This document shows, one piece after another, positions 1 to 15,059 of a stretch of DNA of 64,000 nucleotides (positions within the stretch are counted from its first letter, which is position 1; each line of letters opens with the position of its first letter). The translations under genes were made by a program, and so were the position numbers. This DNA is from the human T2T-CHM13v2.0 reference genome, Homo sapiens: NCBI RefSeq assembly GCF_009914755.1, contig NC_060934.1. One strand, given 5' to 3'. The notes below the pieces were generated by a model that saw only the letters and a program-made list of their open reading frames with translations, made no database searches and had not been told where the DNA came from.

Positions 1-77
1 TTGCAGTGAGCTGAGATAGTGCCACTGCACTCCAGCCTGGTGACAGAGCAAGACTCCGTCTCACCAAAAAAAAAAAA
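1..77 (+). mobile_element. Alu 3' end (cut by window edge)
   Basis: GCAGTGAGCTGAGAT..CCACTGCACTCCAGCCTGG..A-tail. Confidence 0.9.
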
Positions 78-109
78 GAACCACGACATCAAAAATGTGA
101 TACATGGCT

Positions 110-240
110 GGAGTGTACTAGGTGCTTTACGTAAATGATCACACTTAGGTCTTATGCAACCTTGGAAGGGAGATTTTACAGATCTCATATTTGAGGCCAG
201 AAGCATTAGGTCCAGAGACATTAGTAATTTGCCCAAGGAC
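110..240 (-). mobile_element. MIR fragment
   Basis: Degenerate MIR core (taatttgcccaagg). Confidence 0.5.
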
Positions 241-766
241 GGGCCCTCTCCTAACATTTACAGAACTTGAGAAGTTTCAGGCGTGATGAAGGCACAAAAC
301 TACATTCGAAAGGAAAAAAAAAACATACAAAGTGTTGATCTTCTTTTAAAAAATCATGTGTTAAGTGAGTGCTAACATAAAAGAGATTATAGCTCATACA
401 AAAGTATAAAACCAAAACAAACTTACGAAAGAAACAAGAAACAAAGCTACAGTTTCAAAATAAATTTCGAATTAAAAACATCAACTTAATGGTGTACCTG
501 ATGACATATTGTTACCCGTTGAGGGTAGCTGCCCAGGTTCTTGGCGTTTTGAACAAAGAATTGGACAAAACGCACAAGCAAAGCAGCCAAAGCAGAAATT
601 TATTTTAAACGAGAGTACACTCCACAGACTGGCAGAGGCTACAGCAAGAGGCTCGGGAACATTGGTTACAGAATGTTCTGAGGTTTAAATACCCTATAGC
701 AGTTTCGTATTGGCTCACTCTAGTAGCCCATGAGCAGTCTCTTTGGTTACGGGAGGGGAAAAGTAG

Positions 767-1123
<357 letters not shown>

Positions 1124-1190
1124 GATCAGAGGTACTTTTCATTTTCCAACTGCCAGGCAGAAAAAGGAGGGGTTAAAAAGTAGCCCCTAT

Positions 1191-1555
<365 letters not shown>

Positions 1556-2499
1556 TCAATATTACTGAACTGAACTTGTCACTTGCAACATACATACACA
1601 TGACATCCATGGCTAGGTGGGGCTTCTTTCGAGCTTGGCATGACTATGATTCAATTCTTCCACTACCTTTCTCAAACTGAACTGTAAAACTTCCCATCTC
1701 TCAACATACTTTAATTCCACCTGTCCTTATTATGCTGGTGTTGTATCATTTGTATATTACATTTACCATGGTTCATTCTCATTTGTCCTATTCTATCCAA
1801 CAGTGTGTTCATAAATGCAGACTCAGGCAATAACATTATGTGATCGTTTTAAATTCTGTATTGAATTCAGATGATGCAGAATATTTTCATGTTAAGTTGT
1901 AAAAGATCATGATCAAACCCCAAACTCCAAATTTGAAAATCCTTGCAGATGATTCCCAGGCCTCAAAGAAGCGGTCTGGATCTACAGGCTTCAGTGGGAA
2001 ACGCTGAATCTCACTGGGGAAACCTTGGATACCTGGAACCTTCATCTCTCCCCAGTACCCATCCTCGGGGTCCTCACCTACAAGGTGAGGATAACACAGG
2101 TTGCTGGAAAGAGCCACGGTGTTCAGCCAGGAGATAGGAGTGAGCAGAGCCAGGGAGCACATTAGGCTCACACACTAGACGAACACTCGCTTTGGACATC
2201 AGAGACTTACGTTCCTGCTGTACCCAAATTAAAAGGCACCACTTATTGTGAACTTTAAAGTTATTTGGAAGTTCAATCCCAAACAATGATGTTTCCAAAT
2301 ATGGAACAGCTGGTCAGGTATGGGCCCCGACCAATCAGACTGGATGGCAGGGCCATTCCAGCTAAATAGCAACCTTGGGTGAGACTGGGATGTTAAATTT
2401 AAAAACAGTAAGGCTTTCCTGTACCTGTCCTTTTATATCATGCTTCCAAAAAAAAAAAAAAAATCACACACTGCATATGGGCTAAATAATAGCAGCGAT

Positions 2500-2720
2500 G
2501 ATGATGATAAGAGCGGCAAACACATACGGAGGGTTTTCCAAGCGCCAGGCTCTGTGGTAGGCACTCTCCACTCACAGCAATTCTATGAGGGAGGGGCTGG
2601 GGCTATTATGATCCCCATTTTATAGAGGAGAAAACTGAAGCCCAGAGACGAAAAAGGACTTGCTCAAGACCACACAACGAGTCACCAGAGGAGGAGCCGG
2701 CATTCAAGACCAAGCCGTCT
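2500..2720 (-). mobile_element. MIR
   Basis: ccccattttatagaggagaaaactgaagcccagaga core. Confidence 0.75.
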
Positions 2721-2958
2721 CGGTGGCTGGGCTGCACACTGCCTCTATCCTGTTCACGAATGCTATCAGCTGTGTCTCATCCAGTGCAATATTCACATCT
2801 ATCAATAATATTCTACCTTCTAATTACCCACTCAAGTGGAGGCAACTGAAACCAGGTGATACTTAAAAGTACTGAATTCTGAAATATAGTGGCTTTACTT
2901 TCCTAGTTCTTTTTCACCCAGGTTAATATTAGAATGATTGTGTTAGATGCTGTCCTTA

Positions 2959-3211
<253 letters not shown>

Positions 3212-4419
3212 AAAATCCAGGCCAAATAGCAGCAAACTAAGAGGGCCTTGAGGCTCCTGGGTGATGGGGAAAGCCCGCAGGAAGACACAAATTTGCCACA
3301 GATAATCCACAAAGTGAATACTCCATAAGTGGTAACTAAGAATGAAGTGTAAAATAAAACCTCTACAACTCCAAGATCACAAAAGCAGGCTATACCAAGA
3401 CGGGAAATTCTAGTTCTACATAAAATGATACGTTAAGAGACCTAAGTCCCTAAGAATGGGGTTTTTAAACAAAAGTGCCCCCTGAACCCGATCATACTAG
3501 AACAAATGTGATGCTATTATTTTATGAAAGTTCTCATTTTGGGGGGAGACAAACACAAAAGGCTTAATGATTCCTAGGAATGGATTGATAATACAAGATT
3601 GTTTTTTGAGTTGCTAGGCAACACTGAAAAACAAATGTCGATGTTCTGAGATCACAGCTTGGTTGTTCTCCCATGGGCAGGACCAGTGCTACCCGGCCTT
3701 CCTGCACTCCATTGGAGAACAGGAGTGGTACAGAGCCACTGCGATGCTGAGTCCACAGTGGCAACAGACACCAACTGGCATCTCCATGAAAAGTCACAAC
3801 TGACCGCCTGGCTGCCAAGATCTTTGGTGAGACAAAGTTTTCACTGAACTGTCATCACACCCAAACAAGTCCCATGCTCTCCGGGTTCTTTGCTATCTGT
3901 GATCACTTCAATCGCTTTTTTTTTTTGCAGGTACATTACCCCCTTTTCCCCTACCGGTCTCATTAAAGCCCCATTCACCCCTAAGAGTGATTTTGACATC
4001 TGGGAAAGTACAGACACTTTTCCTGAGAGTTATTTCTTTATTTCTAAGCCATAGCCTTGACTCTGAATATTTCCACTGTAAAAAGGCCTATTTCCAATAA
4101 CAGCTTTCTTAGGGATATGTTGATATTACCTTAGGTAAGTTGAATTCCTCCTTTGCTGAATGCCCTGAACTACGGCATCTATTCTTTTTCAAAAAATAAA
4201 AGATGATGCCCAAGGTTCTAAAATCACGTCACACATCTACGCACAGACTTGGTAAAGAAATGAACTCCCTTCTTTCATTCTAATGTTTGGGGGCACAGTG
4301 TAGTACTGTTTATCCCTATAATCCAATCACCCACCTCAGTATTCCAATCTGGGTTACTTCACCTAGTCATGTGGCTTGTGATATATAGAGACAAAGATAA
4401 GCTAATATTGTAATAATGA

Positions 4420-4610
4420 TTTCACTGAAGACTATTTTTTAAAGAGCAGATTTAGGTTCGCGGCAAAACTGAAAGGAAGGTGCAGATATCCCACATACAG
4501 CCCAGACTCCCTCTTGATCAATATCCCCTACCAGAGAGGTGCCTTCGCTACAATTGATGAGCCTGCATTCACATGACATTATCACCCAAAGCTCATCATT
4601 TCCATGTTCA
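4420..4610 (-). mobile_element. Old L1M fragment
   Basis: tttaaagagcagatttaggttc..gcaaaactgaaaggaagg..acaattgatgagcct..cattatcacccaaag resembles L1MC/MD 3' region. Confidence 0.55.
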
Positions 4611-5447
4611 ATAATAGTTTCATTTTCTTTACGTTGTAAACATAATTTTGTGCTTTAAGAACTCCCACTCTTTGCCGCCCTTCCCCCCCACCCCCAATTA
4701 AAAACCCAATGAACCTGAAAAACAATCTTAGATCTGTGTTTTAAATGAGTCTCCACCTTCAAGGGCAAGTTGTCCGTCACTTAGGTAAAAGGACTAATTA
4801 AATGAGCTTGTCATAGCCGTAACATTCACCGTCTGAAGTGCAGACGAATCTACTACAGGCCAATTGTGAGTGGGTATTCCTGAGAGCCTGACACGAATGC
4901 ATCGTACGTGGTAAGAGGCTGGTTCAGTAACCACCATTTCTATAGCAACCCCCACACACTCTCAGGCTGTGTTTTGAAGAGGCAGTGAAAACTGGATTCT
5001 ACAATGTAGCTTCACTCTTAGAATATGCTTTTATTTCTATCATCTCATTAGAATGAGAGTATCCAAATCATATAATCCAGGTTGCCATTAAACAGGAGAA
5101 ACTTATCAAATACAGGATCCGTAAATCTTTATTTATTCTTTTTGCCACTTGATGTCCATCGCTTTAAATTCAAACCACTGACCTGGTTTGCCTGTGACCA
5201 TTCCCCAGGGCAACAAGTCAGATGTCCGTCTGACAACCTGTACATCAGACAGCCATCTGCTGCCCCAGTTACAGGATAAAGAAAGGGTAAACGTCTGTAA
5301 AATAGAGCTGACATAATCATCTCTTACTGTCCAGAAAGGCTCAGCTAAGAGGCATTCGCTATGACTAACAAAACTTCCTTTGACAGACATGGGAAGGAAA
5401 ACTGCTTCTTTCAAAGGTCAAATTGGCCACTGCACAATAAATATTCA

Positions 5448-5764
5448 CTTTATTTATTTATTTATTTTTATTTTTATTTTTTTTTGAGACAGTCTCACTC
5501 TGTCGCCCAGGCTGGAGTGCAATGGTACAATCCTGGCTCACTGCAACCTCCACTTCCCAGGTTCAAGGGATTCTCAGCCTCCCAAGAAGCTGGGATTAGA
5601 GGCACCCACCACCACACCCGGCTCCAGCTAATTTTTGTATTTTTAGTAGAGATGGGGTTTCACTATGTTGACCAGGCTGGCCTCAAACTCTTGACCTCAA
5701 GTGATCTGCCCACCTTGGCCTCCCAAAGTGCTGGGATTACAGGTGTGAGCCACTGTGCCTGGCT
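5448..5764 (-). mobile_element. AluS
   Basis: (TTTA)n tail then reverse Alu body. Confidence 0.92.
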
Positions 5765-5970
5765 ACAAATTCATTTTAACCCATTCCCCTCACATACATC
5801 TTGACACCCGGGACACAGAGAGGGCACAATTGGATCATTACATATTCCGCTGATTCTTTAAGGAAAAGAGATCCACTAAATAGAGTGCTCCTTCGCTCTA
5901 CGAATCACAGCATTTTAACAAAATAGCTTTAACAAAACATGTCAATGTGACAAAAGTCTCGATTCCAGTA

Positions 5971-6202
5971 TGGGTGGAATATCCTTTATCCAAGATGCTT
6001 GGGACCAGAAGTGTTTTGGATTTTGGAATATTTGCATTATACTTACCTGCTGAACATACTTAATCTGAAAATCCAAAATCCAAAATGCTCCAGTGAGCAT
6101 TGCCTTTGGGCATGACCTTTGAGTATCATGATGGACCTTAAAAAGTTTTGGATTTTGGGGCATTTCAAACCTTGGATTTTTGGATTTGAGATGCTCAACT
6201 TA
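5971..6202 (+). mobile_element. Tigger4a/MER46-like DNA transposon
   Basis: ATGCTTGGGACCAGAAGTGTTT..AATCCAAAATCCAAAATGCTCC..GATGCTCAAC. Confidence 0.8.
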
Positions 6203-6238
6203 TATATGCAAGTCGTGCTTCTTAAAAAATTTATTTTA

Positions 6239-6540
<302 letters not shown>

Positions 6541-6918
6541 TTATTTTTATTGAGGGTCCATATAGCAATTAGCCAACTCATGCTGTTGTAACATGCTAAA
6601 CAAATTCAATGTTATTTGTATTCTAAGATGGTGTTAATCTAGTTGATCACCTTCTAATGAATATATAGGTTGAAATATGAAGATGCCAATTTCAAGAATG
6701 GGAAATTCTTTGCTTGTTCCAAAAGAAAAAAATTAAAAGACAACTGTGAAAAACGGCAGCATCAAAAATTGATCCCACTCTCACGGGGTTTGAAAGAGAG
6801 CATCTCTAGTTCTCTCTCCTAAGAGTAAACTTTCAATTTCCTGGCAGTCAAGGATTAAAGTGTGTGAGTTAGAGTTAAAACATGGATATACTGAGTTAGT
6901 GTTAAAACGTGATTTTGA

Positions 6919-7237
6919 GGCAGGGTGGTGGCTCACAGTCGTTGTAATCCCAGTGACTTGGGAGGCTGAGTTGGGAGGATCACTTGAGGGCAGGAGTCTG
7001 AGACCAGTCTGGGCAACACAGCAAGACCCTATCTCTACAAAAAAAAAATTTACAAATTAGCTGGGCATGCTGGCACACACCTGTCGTACCAGCTACTCAG
7101 GAAGCTGAGGTAGGAGGATCTCCTGAGCCCAGGAGTTCTAGCTCCGATTGTACCATTGCACTGCAGCCTGGGTGACAGAGCAGGACCCCTTCTTTAAACA
7201 AACAAACAAACAAACAAACAAACACAAACAAACAAAA
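6919..7237 (+). mobile_element. AluJ with (CAAA)n tail
   Basis: Diverged Alu, GGAGGATC..GAGCCCAGGAG right arm. Confidence 0.85.
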
Positions 7238-7508
7238 ACTACCATGTGATTGTATCATTTGAACAGAAGTCCCATCAAACCATAAAATAATTTCATCTTT
7301 CTTTACAGAGTTTGAGGTCTGGCCCTACAATGAAGGTGCTGTCACTCTGAGTATCAGTTGTCAACTCTGGCAAAATACAGGGGAGCTGTCAGCTAACAGG
7401 AAATATGGACATTGGGGCTGTCTGGGCACCCCAGTTTGCTCCTGTAGAGTGTGGAATACACTGGCACTGTAATATTAGAATGGAAAGAACTTCTGGAAGG
7501 CATTTAGA

Positions 7509-8128
7509 CCAGAGGTCACAATTTTTTTTAAATTTTTTTATTTTTTTCTGTAAGAGGACAGATAGTAAATATTTTTGGTTTGTGGGGATATAAGTTTCTG
7601 TTGCAATGATTCAACCCTGCGTTGTAGTGCAAAAGCACTCACAGACAATATGCCAGCAGATGGGCCTGGCAAGGTTCCAGTGAAACTTTATTTAGGGATG
7701 CTTACGTATAAATTTCATGTAATTTTCGACCCATGAGATATTCTCCTTTTGATTCATTTCCCCCATATTTATTGACGTACAGTTGAAAAACAAAAATTTT
7801 ATGTACTTAAGATGTCTGACCTGATGTTTTGATATATACATCAAGCTAATTAACATATCCATCACTTTACAGTTACCATTGTTTTTTCATCTTCTTTCTC
7901 TTGGTGGTGAGAACACTTTGAATCCACCCTCTTAGTAAATTTTAAGTATACAGTACAGTCCTATTAACAACAGTTAGCAGGCTTTGCATTAAGTCTCTGG
8001 AGCTTAATCATCCTGAAGAACTAAAACTTTGTACCCCTTGATCAACATTCCCCCATTTGATTTTTTTCTTTAATCATTTAAAAATGTAAAAATGATTCTT
8101 AGCTTTCAGGCCACAGTTGGCCAAACCC
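7509..8128. mobile_element. MER58-like hAT element split by an L1M 3' fragment (about 7765-8055, minus)
   Basis: ttctgtaagagg.cagatagtaaatattt..tgcaaaagc..cagacaata; resumes at aatcatttaaaaatgtaaaaa..ttcttagc. Confidence 0.7.
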
Positions 8129-8666
8129 AATTTAGATGAAAAATTATTAATAGATTCACAAGTTGCTATCTGTGCCATTTCTGGCTGTTAAACAATTTGG
8201 AATTGGCAGTTATTTTGATTTACCTCAAAAATAGATAATTTAAAGTATTAAACTATTTGAGATGATCGATTACTGTAATCATAAATAGCAGCTAATTATT
8301 AAATTGTTTTATGTGCTTAAGATGTGTTGGCCCATTCCCCATTTTTTTCCTGATCTAATACCGTCTTTAGATTTTTTATTTAACTAAAATATTTTAATTT
8401 CTACTTAGATAATATTACAATTAATGTAATAGCAACAAAAGTCTTATGAAATATGCAGGCTTCTATTGAGTATAATAAGTGAAAAAACATATGGTTTCTT
8501 TGAAATGTCCATCTTAAAGTTTTCAGAAAACATTTTAATTCATTTGGTTATTTTTGAATGACTATCCACAAACGTTGGCTTTTTTCTGCATACATGCAAT
8601 CTGTTACAACCAGGAATTTGGCAGTTACATTTTTCATAGTAAATGTGAAGTTAAAAAGACCATTTC

Positions 8667-9009
<343 letters not shown>

Positions 9010-9109
9010 TCATGGTTATTTTTTCAGAGAGGAAACAGAGAATGGGCTAACTTATATTTCAGAGGCTTCCTAACAATGCACACACCTCTGTTTTCACCAA
9101 TTTCTGTAT

Positions 9110-9590
9110 TGTATTCATTTCCTATTGCTGCTATAAAAAACATTACCACAAATAATAGGGTCTTAAAACAGCACAGATTTACTTTCTTATACTCCTGGAG
9201 GTCAGAGGTCCAAAACCAGTTTCTCTGGTCTCAAGTCAAGGAGTCCACAGGGCCGGTTTCTCCTGGAGGCTCAGAAGGGAGAATCCCTTGCTTGCTGATT
9301 TTGGCTTCCAGTGGGTGCCTGTATTCCTTGGCTTGGGTCCCCTTCTCGCATTTCCAAAGTGCATGGCTCCGGCCTGCGCTCCCATCCTCACACTGCCGTC
9401 TCCTAATCTGATTCTGGCTCCTCTTGCATCCTGCTCATAAGGGCCCTTGTGATGGCCGTGGGCCCACCCAGAAAGTCCATGAGAATCACCCCATCTCCAG
9501 ATTCTTCATCACTTCCACCAAGTCCCTTGACCGTATAAGGTAATATCCACAGGGCCTGGAGATTAGGATGCAGAGATAGTTCCATCTGCC
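9110..9590 (-). mobile_element. MLT1C/D-like MaLR solo LTR
   Basis: tttcctattgctgctataa..attaccacaa..ggaggtcagag.tccaaaa..gggcccaccca..ggattaggatg. Confidence 0.8.
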
Positions 9591-9978
9591 ATGGACATCA
9601 AAAACTTCTTTAAGTTTGTTATTTGTGAACTGTATATAAAGTCCACCGAGGAAAGCAAGGATGCTGCTTTCATACACCTGTGCCATATAGTTACAGTGCA
9701 CACAACCCATACAGGAATCCCTAGGGAAGGCTTCCTTATATTAGGAGCCCCAGCCTTATTCCTCCATATTCAAATATACTCATTAAAAAAGAGAAGGCAA
9801 AAATGAGAAGCAAAAAATAAACAGCAGGGATGGAGGCTCCAAGATAGAAAAAAAATCCAATAGAACTGTCCTCCCTCTAAACAAGAGCTTAAACATCATC
9901 CTTTTATAACGTGTACATATACATATATACATAAAGGTAAATTCTATGTATACAGTCAATGTATACATTGACTGAGCA

Positions 9979-10192
9979 GCTCACCGCAAGCTCTGCCTCC
10001 CGGGTTTACTTACGCCATTCTCCTGTCTCAGCCTCCTGAGTAGCTGGGACTACAGGCGCCCGCCACCACACCCGGCTAATTTTTTGTATTTTTAGTAGAG
10101 ACGAGGTTTCACCGTGTTAGCCAGGATGGTCTTGATCTCCTAACCTCGTGATCTGCCCACCTTGGCCTCCCAAAGTGCTGGGATTACAGGCA
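9979..10192 (-). mobile_element. AluY internal fragment (no tail)
   Basis: GCAAGCTC..ACGCCATTCTCC..CCGTGTTAGCCAGGATGG; both ends missing. Confidence 0.88.
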
Positions 10193-10233
10193 TATCAGAG
10201 TATCTTAAATTGCCTTTTAAAGATATCTAAATT

Positions 10234-10703
<470 letters not shown>

Positions 10704-10808
10704 ACCCTAAAATTATTCTCATGTGATTCAACCATTCAACAGACATTTTAGTTGGGTACCTAGCATTATGCCAGAAACTGTTATTGATCACAAGCATTCA
10801 GAATAAAT

Positions 10809-10964
10809 AGACTTGGTGAGGGCATAGGGAGTAACTGGTACCCACACAGACTTGGTGAAGGTGCAGGGAGTGGCTGGTACCTGCACAGACTCGGTGAGGG
10901 TGCAGGGAGTAACAGGTCCCCGCACAGACTCAGGGAGGGCACAGGGAGTAACTGGCACCCGCAT
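10809..10964. repeat. Minisatellite, 39 bp x 4
   Basis: Units start at 10809, 10848, 10887, 10926: AGACTYGGTGAGGGYRCAGGGAGTAACTGGTACCCGCAC-like. Confidence 0.92.
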
Positions 10965-11085
10965 ACCGTGCCGTTCAAGCTGATAGGACCATTGCAACGT
11001 GCACAATGTGCTCAGGATGAGGCCGGGGAGGAGACTGGAAAGGATCGGCTGTGCTCGTGAAAGTGACAAGCTGTCATTTACTTTT

Positions 11086-11713
11086 GTGATGACTAATTTT
11101 GTCTGACAACATGGCTAGGCCACAGTCCCCAGAAATGTGGTTAAATATGTCCAGATGTGACTGGGGAGGTATTTTGTTTAGAAGAGATAAACTGTTCAGC
11201 CAGTTGACTTTGCTTTTTTTTTTCTTATTTATTTATTTATTTTTTGAGACGGTGTCTCACTCTGTCATCCAAGCTGGAGTGTGGGGACGCTATCTTGGCC
11301 CACCTCAACCTCCACATCCTGGGTTTAAGTGATTCTCCTGCCTCAGCCTCTGGCGTAGCTGGGATTATAGGCATGCACCACCACGCCCAGCTAATTTTTT
11401 GTATTTTTAGTAAAGATGGGGTTTCACCATATTGGCTAGGCTGGTCTCAAACTCTTGACCTCAGGTGATCTGCCTGTCTTGGCCTCCCAAAGTGCTGGTA
11501 TTACAGGCATGAGCCATGGTGCCCGGCCCAATCTGTTGACTTTGAGTGAAGCAGATCACTCTCCACAGTGAGGGAGGGCCTCATCTCATCAGCCTGCCTT
11601 GCAATTTTGGACTTGCCAGCCTTCCCAATTGTGTGAGCCATTCCTTAAAATCAATCTCTCCAAATATACATATATCTCCTATTGGCTCTGTTTCTTTAGA
11701 GAATCCTAATACA
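11086..11713 (+). mobile_element. MLT2-type ERVL solo LTR containing an Alu
   Basis: tgtgatgactaatttt..ctaggccacagt..gtgaagcagat..ctcctattggctctgtttct..ctaataca. Confidence 0.8.
11214..11528 (-). mobile_element. AluS inside MLT2
   Basis: Reverse Alu; GTTGACTTTG duplicated on both sides. Confidence 0.92.
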
Positions 11714-11729
11714 CTCATTATAACAACAG

Positions 11730-11880
11730 TGGGTACTATTATTATTGCCATTTCACAGTGGAAGAAACTAGATCAGAAAGGCTAAGTAACTTGGCCAGGG
11801 CCACACAGCCAGTGGGTGGCAGAGCTGGCATTCCACACCACTGTGCCCCCCAGACTCCCTGCTCTTAACCACACTCTCCG
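11730..11880 (-). mobile_element. MIR
   Basis: ccatttcacag..aagtaacttggccagggccacacagc. Confidence 0.7.
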
Positions 11881-12248
11881 CTGCTTCTCAGTGCATTGAC
11901 CTGGGTGCGCTTCAGCGCCCCCTGGGAGGGCTAAAGGGGACAGGCAGACCATACAAGGGGGTGTATATTCATATCTCTTACAAATGCAAATAGAGGTAAG
12001 TAATTTGCCCAAGGTGGGACTCACAGTTTTATAAGTAGCAGAACCCAGGTTTTCAGGAAACAAAACACAAACTCAAAGCTCTTTCCATTCTCTTGCCCAC
12101 TTCCTCTGTGTTTTTCTTTATCCATTTTCTTCCTCCCTTTAGAATTCCGGCATTCTTCAGAGACTCTTGGTCACACATCCCTCAGGCTACTCCCTCCTGG
12201 AGGCACAGTGTACCTCAGGTCCCCACCATGACCTTGATGCCCCCCAAA

Positions 12249-12392
12249 TTATCAGGCTCACAGAGAACACACACCATCAATAAAGTGCCCGTCTCGCTTA
12301 CTGCAGGATATGTGAACAGATTATCAGGCTCTCAGAGAACACACACCATCAATGAAGTGCCCGTCTTGCTTACTGCAGGATATGTGAACAGA
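12249..12392. repeat. 72-bp tandem duplication (2 copies, 3 mismatches)
   Basis: TTATCAGGCTC..GGATATGTGAACAGA at 12249 and 12321. Confidence 0.95.
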
Positions 12393-12603
12393 CAGCATCA
12401 CAATCCACTTAACAATATCAAGTTTACTGTGGCTGGTAAAATCAATGCATTCCACACAAATAATTACAGTGTCTCTATTAATTATTTGGAAAGTAAAAAT
12501 AAGACAAAACAAAAATCCCCTCCAAAAGCCCAACAGGCGTTTCTTTTAAAATATAATTCCTAGAACTCTGTTTTAACTGATTCGAGGAATTAGATATCTT
12601 TGA

Positions 12604-12982
<379 letters not shown>

Positions 12983-13089
12983 AGCAAATTGATATTTTCA
13001 AGCTTGACTTTCAGGGCACTAGGAAGCAAAGGGGGGTAAGAGGCCCCACGCTGCCAAGACCCTCAGCCCGAGCACATGCTCGTGGGCTG

Positions 13090-13420
13090 GTATCATGAGT
13101 GCAAACCAATACAACTGTCTGGAGGGAAATCTGGAAATATGTTTTAAAAGTTTTAGAATTTTGTACATTTTGTAACTCAGCAATTCTTCTAAAATGTCAT
13201 CCTAAGGAAATAACCAAGGCTGTGCAAAAAGATTTAGCTAGAAAGATATTTTCTACAGCATTGGTTAGAATAGTAACATTTTTTTCTAATTGCAGGGGAT
13301 TGATGAACCAAAGTGAAGTATGATATATCCACAGGGTGGAATACTATGGACTTATTAAAATTGACATGGCAGAATAATGATGCTATGGAAAGATGTTCAT
13401 GCTGTACAAATGTATTTTTA
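13090..13420 (+). mobile_element. Old L1ME-like fragment
   Basis: cagcaattc..cctaaggaaataa..atccac..tggaatactatg. Confidence 0.6.
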
Positions 13421-13449
13421 TGTATATATTATTGGTTGATTGAGTGAGT

Positions 13450-13595
13450 GAGTGGTCTCGTTCTGTTGCCTAGGAGGTGCAGTGGCTCGATCATAGCGAC
13501 ATCACTCACTGTGACTTTGAATTCCTGGGCTCAAGCAATCCTCCCGCCTCAGCCTCCCAAAGTGTTGGGATTTCAGGTGTGAGCCACTGCACCCA
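13450..13595 (-). mobile_element. FLAM/Alu monomer
   Basis: ctgggctcaagcaatcctcccgcctcagcctcccaaagtg. Confidence 0.75.
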
Positions 13596-13637
13596 AACAG
13601 TACCCAGCACATGATCTCATTTCTGCTAAATATGCTT

Positions 13638-14301
13638 TGTAGAAGGCAACCTCTCAGATAGCCAGCCCCAAGTGACCCCTGCCTCCTGGTATTCACTCCC
13701 CTGTATAGTCTACTCTCAGTGCTGGTCTATACCAGTGTGGGTCTGTGTGACCAACAGCCTAATGGAAAGAAATGATGGTATGCTGCTTTTGGGATTAGGT
13801 TACAAAAGACCATGACCTCAATCTGGGCACTTGGGCTTTTAAAAGGCTGGTCTCAGACTCTTGGCCTCAAGTGAACCACCCGCCTCAGCCTCCCAAAGTG
13901 CTGGGATTACAGGTGTCAGCCACCACACCCGGCCTACTATATCATTTTTATTTACTCTTGGATCATTTGCTCAGGGGAAAGCAAACTACCGTGTAGTAAG
14001 CAGCTCTATGGAGGGTCCCACGTGGTAAGGAGGTAAGGCCTCTGGTCAACAGCCGGCAAGGAAGTGAGGTCTGCCTTCAGCCCTGTGAGTCACACTCATT
14101 AGCCCCAGCTGAACACTGCTGGAGAGGACCACAGCCTTGACTCACAGCTTGACAGCCGCCTTGTAAGAGACTCTGAGCCCTACCACCCAGCTCGGCTGTA
14201 CCTGGATTCCTGACCCCCAGAAACTCTGAGATACTGGAGCTCACTGTTGTTTTAAGCAGCTAACTTTTAGGGTGGTGTTACACAGCAGTTGATAACTAAT
14301 A
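13638..14301 (+). mobile_element. MLT1F-like MaLR LTR (Alu fragment at about 13845-13935)
   Basis: cctcctggtattcac..gattaggttacaaaagac..ccacgtggtaagga..gattcctgaccc..gataactaatac. Confidence 0.78.
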
Positions 14302-14800
14302 CCTACGTGCACTGTGAAAGCCCTAGAAGGACAGAATTCAAGATATATTAGTGGTTTTCTCTAGGTGGTGAGACTTATGGGTAATTTTTATTTTCTTTGT
14401 TTTGTACAGTTTTGGCAAATGTTTGTCCTTTTTCAGAAAACAGAAAAAAAAAATACCACACATGACCAAGAGCAACCATATGACCTTCTGATGAATAAAA
14501 GGATGAAGATTAGGAGAGCCAGTTTTAGCTCTAATAACCTTTACAGATTCTTTTCAAGTAAATTAGGTTAAATGTGCAAAACAAAAACAAATATGAAAAC
14601 TAACAAAAAATGAGTTCCCAAGAGAGGGTCTGAATGGCACGGGGAAGGGTGCCGTCCCCATGAGAAACCACACAATGCAATGTGAGCAGCAGCATTCACT
14701 GACTTCAAGGAAAGGAGACTTCCATGAGCTTCTTAGAAGGAAAACCAAACAGTAACGAAGCCATCTGGTAGCCGATTGTCGGCACAGAACTCTTGCTTAC

Positions 14801-14977
14801 CCAGCTTCTGGTCAAACCGCCACGCCGCGACATAGGCATTGTGCCTCAGGCTGCTCTGCGTGGCCAGGGGCACAGTGACATAGATGGGACCATCCACCAG
14901 CACCGGCGTTCCATTACTGCTCAGCAAGTGGACGCTGACGGCTGTGACTGGGGTCAGGTCATGCCTGGTGCTGTTTC
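14801..14977 (-). CDS. FAM171A1: FAM171A1 coding exon 5 (177 nt, phase 1-1)
   Basis: Minus strand ctcttccttctag|GA AAC AGC...AAG CTG G|gtaagc; translates [59 protein letters not shown]. Confidence 0.96.
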
Positions 14978-15059
14978 CTAGAAGGAAGAGGCATTTTCCA
15001 TCATTTGCATGCAAAGTACCCATGTGGGGCTGTGGAAACCTTTGCAAAAAAATAGTCGC

